A DNA stretch of 32,000 nt from the NCBI GenBank assembly GCA_016700135.1, contig CP065004.1:270001-302000 (forward strand). Reading direction: 5' to 3'. The notes beneath the pieces are model-generated. The model was not told the DNA's origin, ran no database searches, and saw only the letters and a list, made by a program, of their open reading frames with translations. This stretch comes from Candidatus Saccharimonadota bacterium (GTDB lineage: Bacteria > Patescibacteriota > Microgenomatia > UBA1406 > GWC2-37-13). Below are positions 1-8,506 of the stretch, in pieces. Every line of letters starts with the position of its first letter. Positions within the stretch are counted from its first letter, which is position 1. Made by a program: the position numbers and the translations under genes.

Positions 1-198
1 CAGGGTACTGATTTCATGTACTATGCAATCACCAACAATCCTGATGCGGTATCAATAGTAGGCGGCGGGGATACCCTGACTGCCATTTCAAAAAAAGAAT
101 ATCTCGACAAAATCACTCATATTTCAACCGGCGGCGGCGCGATGCTTGAGTTTATCGAAAAAGGAACACTGCCCGGGATTGAAGCCCTGAAAAAATAG
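1..198 (+). CDS. pgk: phosphoglycerate kinase, C-terminal fragment (gene begins upstream of the window)
   Basis: The frame is open from base 1. The tail ...[11 protein letters not shown]...[24 protein letters not shown] matches the conserved PGK C-terminal motif (STGGGA.LE..G..LPG). Stop is TAG at 196-198. Confidence 0.85.
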   Translation, partial: QGTDFMYYAITNNPDAVSIVGGGDTLTAISKKEYLDKITHISTGGGAMLEFIEKGTLPGIEALKK

Positions 199-287
199 CT
201 TGTAGGAAGTAGGCAGTAGGCCGTAAAAATGTACTCATTGCTACGGAATACAAGATCTCTACAAGCTACTACCTACCGCCTACAACC
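199..287 (+). repeat. palindromic heptad-repeat intergenic element, copy A (pgk-glpX spacer)
   Basis: The 5' arm is cttGTAGGaaGTAGGcaGTAGGcc and the 3' arm is gCTACtaCCTACcgCCTACaa. A central small hairpin is CCGTA...TACGG. The reverse complement aligns by hand with 31069-31151 at roughly 85% identity outside a variable central loop. Confidence 0.8.
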
Positions 288-297
288 TAACACAATT

Positions 298-1236
298 ATG
301 GACAGAAATCTTGCACTGGAATTTGTACGAGTTACGGAAGCGGCAGCAATTGAAGCCGCACGATGGATCGGAAAAGGAGATAAAAAAAGTGCTGATGGTG
401 CGGCAGTTGAAGCTATGAGATCACGGTTTCAGAATGTGGATTTTTCCGGAACCATTGTGATCGGAGAAGGAAAAAAAGATGAAGCCCCGGAGCTGTACGT
501 CGGAGAGAAAGTCGGAACCGGCAAAGGTCCCGAGATGGATATCGCCGTTGATCCTCTTGAATGTACCGACAGTGTGGCCTACGGCCGGTACAATGCATTG
601 ACTGTCATCGCAACGGGACCGAAAGGAAGCCTTCTGAGCGCTCCGGATACATACATGGATAAAATTGCTGTCGGACCGGCAGCAAAAGGAACGATACGCT
701 TGGATGCCTCAGTCGAAGAAAATATCCGTAACGTTGCCGAAGCACTTGAAAAGGAAGTCGGAGAAGTAACCGTCTCAATGCTTGACCGTCCGCGGAATGA
801 AGAAATCATGAACAAAGTGCGGGCAGCAGGAGCACGATTACGCCTGATCACCGACGGAGATCTTGCTGTTGCGATAGCAACCTGCATGGATGAAAGTCCG
901 ATCGATATGCTCCTCGGGTCAGGAGGAAGCGCCGAGTCCGTTCTTGCCGCTTCAGCTCTGAAAATTCTCGGAGGGGAAATCCAGGTGAGACTAATGCCCC
1001 GGAATGATGCAGACCGTGAAGAAATGACTAAGATGGGTCTTGATGACAAAACGATTTACACAACGGAAGATCTGGCAAAAGGAGACAACCTGACTTTTAC
1101 AGCAACCGGTGTCATTGAAGGCCCGCTTCTACCCGGAATTGTCTTTAATCCTCACTCTATCATCACACATTCAGTCGTGATGAGAAGTGTCTCAAAGACA
1201 GTCAGATATCTGACAACGTATCACCACGAGGACTAA
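298..1236 (+). CDS. glpX: fructose-1,6-bisphosphatase class II (GlpX)
   Basis: MDRNLALEFVRVTEAAA...GKGDK..AD.AAV.AM, GEGKKDEAP.LY.GE.VG, DIAVDPLE.T and LITDGD are typical of the GlpX family. The ORF opens at 229, but the homologous start is the ATG at 298. Confidence 0.9.
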   Translation: MDRNLALEFVRVTEAAAIEAARWIGKGDKKSADGAAVEAMRSRFQNVDFSGTIVIGEGKKDEAPELYVGEKVGTGKGPEMDIAVDPLECTDSVAYGRYNALTVIATGPKGSLLSAPDTYMDKIAVGPAAKGTIRLDASVEENIRNVAEALEKEVGEVTVSMLDRPRNEEIMNKVRAAGARLRLITDGDLAVAIATCMDESPIDMLLGSGGSAESVLAASALKILGGEIQVRLMPRNDADREEMTKMGLDDKTIYTTEDLAKGDNLTFTATGVIEGPLLPGIVFNPHSIITHSVVMRSVSKTVRYLTTYHHED

Positions 1237-1237
1237 G

Positions 1238-1708
1238 TCAACTTTTCAACTCGGCAACGTCACGAAGAATTTCAGAAGCGTGCTCTGCCGGTTTGACTTT
1301 TTCGTATACTTTCCTGATCATCCCCTCAGGATCGATCAGATAACTGATACGAAGAACTCCTTCAAATGATTTCCCCATAAATTTCTTTTCTCCCCACGCT
1401 TCATACTCCTGTATCGTTTTCTTTGATTCATCTGAAAGCAGCAGAAAAGGAAGATCATACTTTCCGATAAATGCAGCGTGAGACCTGGGTGAATCTTTTG
1501 AGATCCCGACCACAGATATATGTTCCTTTTCGAAAACATTGTATGCGTCCCGGAATCCGCAGGCTTCTTTCGTACAGCCCGGAGTATCGTCTTTCGGATA
1601 AAAATACAGGACATACCAGCGGCCGCTGAATTCCTCATTTGTATGAATGGTGCCTTTCTCATCAGGCAAAGAAAACGCCGGAGCCTTTGTGTTAGTTGCA
1701 AGTGCCAT
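1238..1708 (-). CDS. bcp: thiol peroxidase / peroxiredoxin Bcp
   Basis: APAFSLPDEKG...FSGRWYVLYFYPKDDTPGCTKEAC.FRD contains the Bcp/AhpC-TSA PxDxTPGCT active-site motif. The size (156 aa) fits. Confidence 0.9.
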   Translation of the reverse strand: MALATNTKAPAFSLPDEKGTIHTNEEFSGRWYVLYFYPKDDTPGCTKEACGFRDAYNVFEKEHISVVGISKDSPRSHAAFIGKYDLPFLLLSDESKKTIQEYEAWGEKKFMGKSFEGVLRISYLIDPEGMIRKVYEKVKPAEHASEILRDVAELKS

Positions 1709-1846
1709 AATCGATATTTTGTAACTGATAACGATTTAGTATTAATTCTTACCGGGATTTTTTGAAATTTTTATCCCAGATTCATTCACCGCAAAGATAA
1801 CGGATACATCATTGTAATTCAATACTAACGAAAGGAGGTGAAAACT

Positions 1847-2098
1847 ATGAAAGATTATCAAGAATACACAAAAAGAAACGGAATGGATCCTATGATAGCG
1901 GGTGCATTTACGTTAGCAGGTCTTGCGATCGGGACGGCCGCAACTCTCTATCTTTCCAAAAAAGAAAACAGAGATAAAGCTCAGCAGAAAATTGCAGACT
2001 TGAAACATAAAGCTCAGGAGGCCTTCAGTCACATGAAAGCAAAAGGAGAAAAAGAGGCAGATGAGATGAAAACAAAAAGCCGTTCATTTGCGGCATAA
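1847..2098 (+). CDS. YtxH-like small membrane/stress protein
   Basis: One N-terminal hydrophobic helix (IAGAFTLAGLAIGTAATLYL) is followed by a Lys/Glu/Ala-rich helical tail. A strong SD (AAAGGAGG, 1831-1838) lies 8 nt upstream of the ATG at 1847. The ORF track starts at the GTG at 1838. Confidence 0.55.
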   Translation: MKDYQEYTKRNGMDPMIAGAFTLAGLAIGTAATLYLSKKENRDKAQQKIADLKHKAQEAFSHMKAKGEKEADEMKTKSRSFAA

Positions 2099-2119
2099 CA
2101 CTTTAAATTCATAGCACAT

Positions 2120-2150
2120 AACCGAGGCAATACGTCTCGGTTGTGTTGCT
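2120..2150 (+). terminator. candidate intrinsic terminator after the ytxH-like gene
   Basis: Stem AACCGAG (2120-2126) pairs with CTCGGTT (2136-2142) around a 9-nt loop, followed by a T-rich GTGTTGCTT. The U-tract is weak. Confidence 0.35.
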
Positions 2151-2190
2151 TCCCTTACGAACTCTTTACATCGTTCTGAGAGAATACCCT

Positions 2191-2748
2191 ATGCAGGACT
2201 CCATGCAACCTTTTGACTGGTATCGTATATTTATCGGAGACTTATCTCTTCTTTTCACACTTGAAATAGTGTTCCGTACAGCATTTATGTATCTGTTTAC
2301 GGTACTCATGGCCAGGCTTATCGGCAAGCGGGGAATGGCTCAGATTACTCCTTTTGAATTTATTGTCGTGATTGTACTCGGCTCTGCTACCGGTGATCCC
2401 ATGCTGTACCCGAATGTTCCGCTCATTCACGGCATGGCTATTGTTACGACAATAGTTGTTCTGGAACAAGGGTATGCATATATTTCACAAAAAAGTGAAA
2501 AGATTGAGGAGTACGTAGAGAGCAGTCCGACGCTTATCATTAAAAAAGGACAAATTCTGAAGGGAACTCTTGAAGAAGTATCTTTTTCAAAAGAGAATCT
2601 TATGATGCAGCTTCGTCAACAGGGCATCACCGATCTCGGATATGTGAAAGAGGCCTACCTTGAACCTTCGGGAAAACTCAGTGTTTTTAAATATAAAAAA
2701 GCTCCGAAGCTCGTAAGAAAAACTAAACCGCAGCATACTAACGGATAA
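2191..2748 (+). CDS. DUF421 (YetF-like) membrane protein
   Basis: LIGKRGMAQITPFEFIVVIVLGSATGDP plus the C-terminal ...LRQQGITDLGYVKEAYLEPSGKLSV match the YetF N- and C-domain signatures. The start was chosen at the ATG at 2191 (MQDSMQPFDW). Confidence 0.8.
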   Translation: MQDSMQPFDWYRIFIGDLSLLFTLEIVFRTAFMYLFTVLMARLIGKRGMAQITPFEFIVVIVLGSATGDPMLYPNVPLIHGMAIVTTIVVLEQGYAYISQKSEKIEEYVESSPTLIIKKGQILKGTLEEVSFSKENLMMQLRQQGITDLGYVKEAYLEPSGKLSVFKYKKAPKLVRKTKPQHTNG

Positions 2749-3166
2749 CTTCAATTACCGTATCAATAAAACCGGGAGAGGTGACGGTTTTAAGTCCGTT
2801 CTTTTCAACCGACGGAAGCATGCTTTTACCGATTATCTTGTCTTTTCTCATCCAATATACATCTAAATCTTCAAAGGTATTTCTGTTCCAGAAAACTTGC
2901 GGCTGAGGAGTTTTGAAATAAAAAATCATACCGTCAAAATCAGCCGGTTTACGGACATACATCAAACCCTGCTGCCAGCGTTCCGGTGTATCCGCAACAA
3001 CAAGGCGTAGTTCTCTTCCGTCCACTTCTTTCGTAATTACCTCATAGTCGTCCCACAATGCCCTGCCGTCTTTTTGAGCCTTGAAATTCTGTGCATAGAA
3101 CCGGTATACGGCAACCATCAGTAAAACGATTGCAGCCGCAAGGGCAATCTTAATAACAATTTGCAT
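2738..3166 (-). CDS. DUF192 family protein, N-terminally membrane anchored
   Basis: LRLVVADTPERWQQGLMYVRK...FDGMIFYF....QVFWNRNTFEDLDVYWM fits the DUF192 pattern (GLM...GMLF...FWM.NT..pLD). It has a single N-terminal TM helix. Confidence 0.7.
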   Translation of the reverse strand: MQIVIKIALAAAIVLLMVAVYRFYAQNFKAQKDGRALWDDYEVITKEVDGRELRLVVADTPERWQQGLMYVRKPADFDGMIFYFKTPQPQVFWNRNTFEDLDVYWMRKDKIIGKSMLPSVEKNGLKTVTSPGFIDTVIEVIR

Positions 3167-3220
3167 ATCATATAATAACAGTTTATAGACAACGCTATCT
3201 TTTATATTTATACTGTTGAA

Positions 3221-3916
3221 ATGCCATCAGAAAAAAAAATTCATAAAAAACTTACCCAAAAACTTGCTGCCCGGAAATTACCCCCGTCAGACAAGCGCCT
3301 TTATGCAGAAACTTTCATTTACAGTTTGATTGTCTTAGCAGTCATTACGGCATATTATTTTGTGACACGACCGGAGTATGATATGCGGACTTTTAATCGC
3401 GGTATTGCCGACTTGTCATTTTTACTGATGGGTATTTCACTGATTTTGAGCAGTGTCTGTTATTTCTGGAACTTTGCTGATCATTTCATTATTTATCGTA
3501 AACATTTGGGACTCATCGGTTTCGGATATATGATCCTGCATATCGTTATTTCACTCTTCTACTCAGCATATCAGCCGTTTTTGTTGTATTACCTGAAAGA
3601 CAGTCAGATTGTTTCGTTTAGTGCAGCACTTACTGCAACCGGTATTTTTACTTTAATGGCGGTTATTTCCAATCGTTTTTCGATTCAGAAAATCGGGCCG
3701 CATCGGTGGAGACTTATCATGAGGGTAGGATATATCGCATATGTCATGGCACTTATTCACTTTGCCTTGCGCGGATGGCCGTACTGGATGTTATGGCTTT
3801 CAGGGAAAAGCACATCACTATTCCCCTCATTTGGGCTTCTCGTATTTGTCTTCGGGTGCATTGTTGTATTGATGAGGATCGTGCTTTTTGCCGCGACAAT
3901 CAATAAAAAGGAGTAA
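3221..3916 (+). CDS. polytopic membrane protein, ferric-reductase-like (MsrQ/YedZ-type) TM domain, putative
   Basis: About six TM helices. YRKHLGLIGFGYMILHIVISL and LIHFAL resemble the His-bearing helices of YedZ/MsrQ-type heme-b domains. The assignment rests on motifs only. Confidence 0.4.
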   Translation: MPSEKKIHKKLTQKLAARKLPPSDKRLYAETFIYSLIVLAVITAYYFVTRPEYDMRTFNRGIADLSFLLMGISLILSSVCYFWNFADHFIIYRKHLGLIGFGYMILHIVISLFYSAYQPFLLYYLKDSQIVSFSAALTATGIFTLMAVISNRFSIQKIGPHRWRLIMRVGYIAYVMALIHFALRGWPYWMLWLSGKSTSLFPSFGLLVFVFGCIVVLMRIVLFAATINKKE

Positions 3917-3919
3917 CGA

Positions 3920-6451
3920 TCATTCTTTTCCGGCTCCGATCACAGGCTTGATGACAGTCATAAGAAGAAGAACTACGAATGCGATGACCGCAAACATCCC
4001 GAACTGTGCCGGCGAAACGGAACTCACATAAAAGACCTTTTGCAAAGCAGGAATTGAGACAATGCTGAATTGTGTAACAAAAGGAAGTGCAAAGGCCAGG
4101 AAAAAGATCGGAGAAAGAAGTTTGCCGAAATGAGTGAAGAGGTTTCTTTTGGAAAGCCATACATCGGCCAGAATAAATGACTGGATCAGTGCAAGTACAC
4201 TGAATGCTGCCGTATTCGCAAGCATTCTGTTGACGTCATAGAACCAGAAGAATGTCACGAGAACAATGGTCGAAGCTACAGCGCCTACGGCAAAAATGTA
4301 CCACAGGTCGATTCCGTCAAGAAGCTTCAGTTTTTTCTCAGGTTTCCGTTTCATCACATGCGGATCACGCGGCGAGAAAGCAAGCGCCAAAGCCGGTATT
4401 CCGTCGGTCACCAGATTGATGTACAAAAACTGGATCGGATAAAAAATATGAGGAAATCCAAGCAACAGCCCGACTATAAGAGACAGTGCCTCAGTCACAT
4501 TGCAGGAAAGCAGATACGTGATCGCATTACGCAGATTTTTAATGATATTTCTTCCTGACTCGATCGCATCAACAATAGTTGCGAAGTTGTCATCGGTGAT
4601 GACCATATCTGCCGTTTCACGTGCGACATCGGTCCCGACTTTCCCCATTGCGACCCCGACATCGGCTTGTTTGAGCGCAATAGCATCGTTTACACCGTCT
4701 CCCGTGACGGCGACAATCTCACCGCACTTCTGATAAAGCGAAACGATCTGATGTTTATGAAACGGTGTAACACGTGCAAATACCCGCACTTCCGGAAGAA
4801 TTTTGAGCAGATCTTCATCTATCATATGATCAAGCTGCTTACCCGTCAGAACTCTGTGATCTTTTTCCATGAGGCCTGATTCCAGCGCGATTGCTGCTGC
4901 CGTTTTTTCATTGTCACCGGTGACCATAACGACCTGGATGCCCGCACTGTGAGCGCGCTTGATCGCATCAACAATTTCCGGACGCGGAGCATCATAGATT
5001 GCAGTCATGCCGATAAAAATCTGCTTTTCGATTTTTTCCCCGTTGCCTTCCTTGTATGAAAATGCCAGCACCCGTAACCCCTGTTCTGCCCAGGTTTCGA
5101 GTACCTCCGAAATCTCTTCCTTCATCTGTTTTGTGAGAGATACGATTGTATTATTTACAAGGATATGTTCACAAAGCTCCAGTATAGATTCCGGGGCCCC
5201 TTTGCTGAGAGTATAAGATTCATCTTTTTGCGAGACTTTCACCGTCATTCTTTTACTGACACTGTCAAACGGGATCTCTTCAACCAGCTTCCAGGTATCC
5301 CTGATTGCTTCAGGAATACTTTCCGATTCCTGCGCAAGATACAGGAGTGCACCTTCAGTCGGATCACCGACCATATGGAATCCCTCACCGTTTTCCTTCG
5401 GCGTCAGCTTTGCAGTTGAGCAAAGCACGGAATTGAGAATAAGTTTTCTAAAGGCCTCTGATTTTTTGTTCTGATGGGTGTCTTTCTGGATTTTTCCGTC
5501 AAAATAGAGCTCCTTGACACGCATTTTGTTTGTAGTGAGTGTCCCTGTTTTATCGGTCGCAATCAGAGTGATACTGCCCAATGCCTCAACCGCAGTCAAT
5601 TTACGGACAATTGCTTTGCGTTTTGCCATTTCTTTCACACCGATTGAAAGGGTGATAGTCATGACGGCCGGAAGCCCTTCCGGAACTACCGCGACCGCAA
5701 GTGAGATTGCCAAAAGGAATGCGGCAAAGTATGCCGATCCCTGGAATGTTGCAAGGAAAAATACGACAAGAGAAGCGACAATCCCGATGATACCGATGAC
5801 TTTTGTTACCGATTCCAGTTTGGTCTGAAGGGGACTTTTTGCTTCTTCGATATTTGCAAGCTTACTGGCAATTTTACCGAAATGCGTCTGCATGCCGGTG
5901 GCTGTGACCTCCGAATATCCTCTTCCCCTTGTCACAATAGTGCCCATAAACGCTTCGTCTTTTACTTTCTTCGAAACTCCCATCGATTCTCCTGTCAAAG
6001 CAGCTTCATTGACCTCCAGATTGACGCTCTCGCGGATGATGCCGTCGGCCGGGACTTTTACCCCTTCTTCGATAAAAATAAAGTCTCCGGGCACAAGCAA
6101 ATGACTGTCAATTTCGATCTCCCTACCGTCCCGTATCACGCGGATTTTCGTGACAGTCATTTCCTTCAATGCCGCCAGAGCTTCATTTGCCTTATATTCC
6201 TGATACACTCCGAAGAGTGCGTTGAGGATGACAATTGCTAAAATAAGTGCCCCGTCAATCGGTTCGCCGATAAAAAAGGAAAGGAGTGCGGCTACAAAAA
6301 GAAGTACGGTTAAAAAATTGTTGAGCTGCTGATACAGAATGACAAAGAAATTTTCCTTCTTTTGTTCTTCGATTACATTTTGACCGTGTATTTTCAGCAG
6401 TTCTTCAGCCCGTTCAGTTGTTAATCCGCGCATAGGAGATGACAATATCAA
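3920..6451 (-). CDS. cation-translocating P-type ATPase, P2 (Ca2+-ATPase-like)
   Basis: DKTGTLT phosphorylation site, PEGLPAV (TM4), TGDN, GDGVNDAIALKQADVGVAMG, and the N-terminal Cation_ATPase_N-like GLTTERAEELLKIHGQN. Length is 843 aa. Confidence 0.9.
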   Translation of the reverse strand: MILSSPMRGLTTERAEELLKIHGQNVIEEQKKENFFVILYQQLNNFLTVLLFVAALLSFFIGEPIDGALILAIVILNALFGVYQEYKANEALAALKEMTVTKIRVIRDGREIEIDSHLLVPGDFIFIEEGVKVPADGIIRESVNLEVNEAALTGESMGVSKKVKDEAFMGTIVTRGRGYSEVTATGMQTHFGKIASKLANIEEAKSPLQTKLESVTKVIGIIGIVASLVVFFLATFQGSAYFAAFLLAISLAVAVVPEGLPAVMTITLSIGVKEMAKRKAIVRKLTAVEALGSITLIATDKTGTLTTNKMRVKELYFDGKIQKDTHQNKKSEAFRKLILNSVLCSTAKLTPKENGEGFHMVGDPTEGALLYLAQESESIPEAIRDTWKLVEEIPFDSVSKRMTVKVSQKDESYTLSKGAPESILELCEHILVNNTIVSLTKQMKEEISEVLETWAEQGLRVLAFSYKEGNGEKIEKQIFIGMTAIYDAPRPEIVDAIKRAHSAGIQVVMVTGDNEKTAAAIALESGLMEKDHRVLTGKQLDHMIDEDLLKILPEVRVFARVTPFHKHQIVSLYQKCGEIVAVTGDGVNDAIALKQADVGVAMGKVGTDVARETADMVITDDNFATIVDAIESGRNIIKNLRNAITYLLSCNVTEALSLIVGLLLGFPHIFYPIQFLYINLVTDGIPALALAFSPRDPHVMKRKPEKKLKLLDGIDLWYIFAVGAVASTIVLVTFFWFYDVNRMLANTAAFSVLALIQSFILADVWLSKRNLFTHFGKLLSPIFFLAFALPFVTQFSIVSIPALQKVFYVSSVSPAQFGMFAVIAFVVLLLMTVIKPVIGAGKE

Positions 6452-6484
6452 TAATATATTCTTTACAGTGTATCAAATTTCAGT

Positions 6485-7156
6485 TCATTTTATATACCCT
6501 TCTGCTTTCATACTGAGATATTTTTCACCGGTGACAATCACGTGATCTAGTATTTCAATGCCCAAAATATTTCCTGCTTCTGCAAGTTGAGCTGTAATTT
6601 TGATATCGGCATCAGATGGTGTGGGATCTCCTGACGGATGATTGTGTGCGACAATAATTGCTGCCGATTTATACGAAATTGCCGGCTCAAATACTTCCCT
6701 CGGGTGGACAAGGCTTGCACTCAGAGTACCGATTGAAATGATTTCCTTTCTCATAAGCTGATTCCGGGCGTTTAGCAGAAAGGCTACAAAATGCTCTTTT
6801 GCTTTTGACCGTATCTCTCTCAGCTGATCAGATACATCAGAAGGCGAGTTGATTGTCACTTCTTCATGCGATACTGCAGAATACAACCGTTTGCCGATTT
6901 CAAAAGCGGCAATAAGTGAGGCGGCTTTGCTTTGTCCCAATCCGTTAATACGCCCTAACTCACTCAAAGTCATTGAAGTGAGGCCCTCGATTTGTTTTCC
7001 GTCCAGTATTTCCCGTGATAAATCCAAAACGTTTTTCTTGGAGATACCAGTCCGAAGAAGCAGTGCGATTAACTCATAATCTTTGAGCTGAGCTGCTCCG
7101 AACCTTTTCAGTTTTTCCCTGGGAAGGATATGTGTCGGTACAAGCTTGTTATTCAT
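6485..7156 (-). CDS. radC: RadC-family JAMM protein (UPF0758)
   Basis: N-terminal HhH-like region (PREKL..FG...L.D.ELIALLLRTG) and C-terminal JAMM motif (VAHNHPSGDPTPSDADIKIT). Confidence 0.9.
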   Translation of the reverse strand: MNNKLVPTHILPREKLKRFGAAQLKDYELIALLLRTGISKKNVLDLSREILDGKQIEGLTSMTLSELGRINGLGQSKAASLIAAFEIGKRLYSAVSHEEVTINSPSDVSDQLREIRSKAKEHFVAFLLNARNQLMRKEIISIGTLSASLVHPREVFEPAISYKSAAIIVAHNHPSGDPTPSDADIKITAQLAEAGNILGIEILDHVIVTGEKYLSMKAEGYIK

Positions 7157-7182
7157 ATGTAATTACACACATATTATCATAT

Positions 7183-8346
7183 ATGTTTTCTTTTTTCCCT
7201 TGCGTGTATACTAAGAGTGTGAAAAACCGTATTCTTTCACTCTTATTGTTATTCTTTGTAGTTATTTCCCCACTTTTTTCGCCTGTTCAGGCACAGCGGA
7301 TCGCTGAATGTGATGCCTGCGGTTACTGCAACGGCAGAACACCTCCCGAGAACTGGGCATCATGTGCTGAGTGCTTGTATCCTGTGGAGTATGGTACGAA
7401 TCATGACCCAAAGGCCAATTTGACTCTTAAAATCAATGAAGATCGTGCAGCTGAGAATTTTAATAAGCCGCCCGTTCCCGCTTCCGGGAAATATTACACT
7501 CAACTCGGATGCCTGAATACGGGTCTGGGATCTTTTACGAACATCAGCTCCGCAGGGGGTGTCTTAAACTTTCTTCTTAATTATCTGATTTTTCCTGCTG
7601 CCGGAGTACTGGCATTTATGACCATTATTTACGGGGCATTTCTTTTGGTGACTGCTCAGGGTGACCAATTTAAAATCGCACAGGGTAAACGACTGGTTAC
7701 GAGTGCCGTCATCGGCCTCATTTTTACCTTCTCAGTCGTTCTGATCATCAATCTCATCGGCGCAAATATTCTGAAAATTCCCGGTCTTCAGGAAGATGAG
7801 GCATCCCAGGATTTCGCAAAAATCAAACTGGCAATCGAAAAGCTCAGCGATGCCACAGGACAGCTTCCCAATCATCTGGATCCGAATATCTGTGTCCACA
7901 ATCCTGAAGTCTTCATCGACAATGAGCGGGCCGGCCTTATTGCAACTGACGGGACTTTTCCCAATTGGAAAGGGCCATACCTTACGGATGCAGATGTGAC
8001 GGATCAATACGGTAAGGCATACTATCTCGACTCGGATTACAGATGTCGTCCTGATGTAAAAGGCTGTGAAACGGTGAATTTTGAATATAATAAATACGAT
8101 AGAATCACCGGAGGGAGAAGCAAGTTTGTGCGCGCCATTGTATCATTCGGAAAAGACAAAGAATCGAATTATTGTAATATCACGACTCAGTATATCTGTC
8201 GCGACAACAACCGGAGCTGTCAGCCTTTGAACAGTAATACCTGCCGGGATGACAGTAATCAGACATATACCTGCAACAATATTGAAGAACGCACCTGTCC
8301 CCGCACTGATGCAGACAATACGGTACTTGTATTGTGCGGATGGTAA
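7183..8346 (+). CDS. secreted Cys-rich surface protein with a central TrbC/VirB2-like (T4SS-pilin-type) membrane hairpin and a C-terminal GspG-like pseudopilin domain
   Basis: Signal peptide ILSLLLLFFVVISPLFSPVQA. Hairpin AGVLAFMTIIYGAFLLVTAQGDQFKIAQGKRLVTSAVIGLIFTFSVVLII. C-terminal region IKLAIEKLSDATGQLP...FPNWKGPYLTDADVTDQYGKAYYL matches the GspG globular pattern (W.GPYL...DPWG..Y.Y). Sixteen Cys lie outside the hairpin. The ORF opens at 7132 and overlaps the radC start. The ATG at 7183 or the GTG at 7219 is more plausible. Confidence 0.7.
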   Translation: MFSFFPCVYTKSVKNRILSLLLLFFVVISPLFSPVQAQRIAECDACGYCNGRTPPENWASCAECLYPVEYGTNHDPKANLTLKINEDRAAENFNKPPVPASGKYYTQLGCLNTGLGSFTNISSAGGVLNFLLNYLIFPAAGVLAFMTIIYGAFLLVTAQGDQFKIAQGKRLVTSAVIGLIFTFSVVLIINLIGANILKIPGLQEDEASQDFAKIKLAIEKLSDATGQLPNHLDPNICVHNPEVFIDNERAGLIATDGTFPNWKGPYLTDADVTDQYGKAYYLDSDYRCRPDVKGCETVNFEYNKYDRITGGRSKFVRAIVSFGKDKESNYCNITTQYICRDNNRSCQPLNSNTCRDDSNQTYTCNNIEERTCPRTDADNTVLVLCGW

Positions 8347-8357
8347 AAGAAGATCTG

Positions 8358-8431
8358 TCGGGACGGCGAGACTCGAACTCGCGACCTTACGCTCCCAAAG
8401 CGTACGTTCTAGCCATCTGAACTACGTCCCG
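8358..8431 (-). tRNA. tRNA-Pro: tRNA-Pro (anticodon UGG), CCA not encoded
   Basis: The reverse complement folds as a canonical 74-nt cloverleaf. Acceptor CGGGACG/CGTCCCG, D stem GTTC/GAAC, anticodon stem TACGC/GCGTA with loop TTTGGGA, T stem GCGAG/CTCGC with loop TTCGAGT, discriminator A. Confidence 0.93.
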
Positions 8432-8506
8432 AATAATGACCCTTATTGTATCAGCTTTACCTCCGTTTGTATAGATTCCACCGCTCTTGATGTACAATGA
8501 ATACTT

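Noticed and set aside
579-1049. 156-aa ORF on the minus strand inside glpX
   Set aside because: It is fully embedded antisense to a CDS with an unmistakable GlpX signature. Its translation is Arg/Ser/Ala-rich low-complexity sequence with no recognisable motif, typical of a shadow ORF.
4358-6241. Series of 60-120 aa plus-strand ORFs across the P-type ATPase gene
   Set aside because: All lie antisense to an 843-aa ORF that carries every P-type ATPase motif. Their translations are compositionally odd and unrelated to one another.
7132-7182. Longest-ORF start (7132) for the Cys-rich pilin-like protein
   Set aside because: It would overlap the radC start on the opposite strand and add 17 non-signal-peptide residues. 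The ATG at 7183 (or the GTG at 7219) gives a normal signal peptide.
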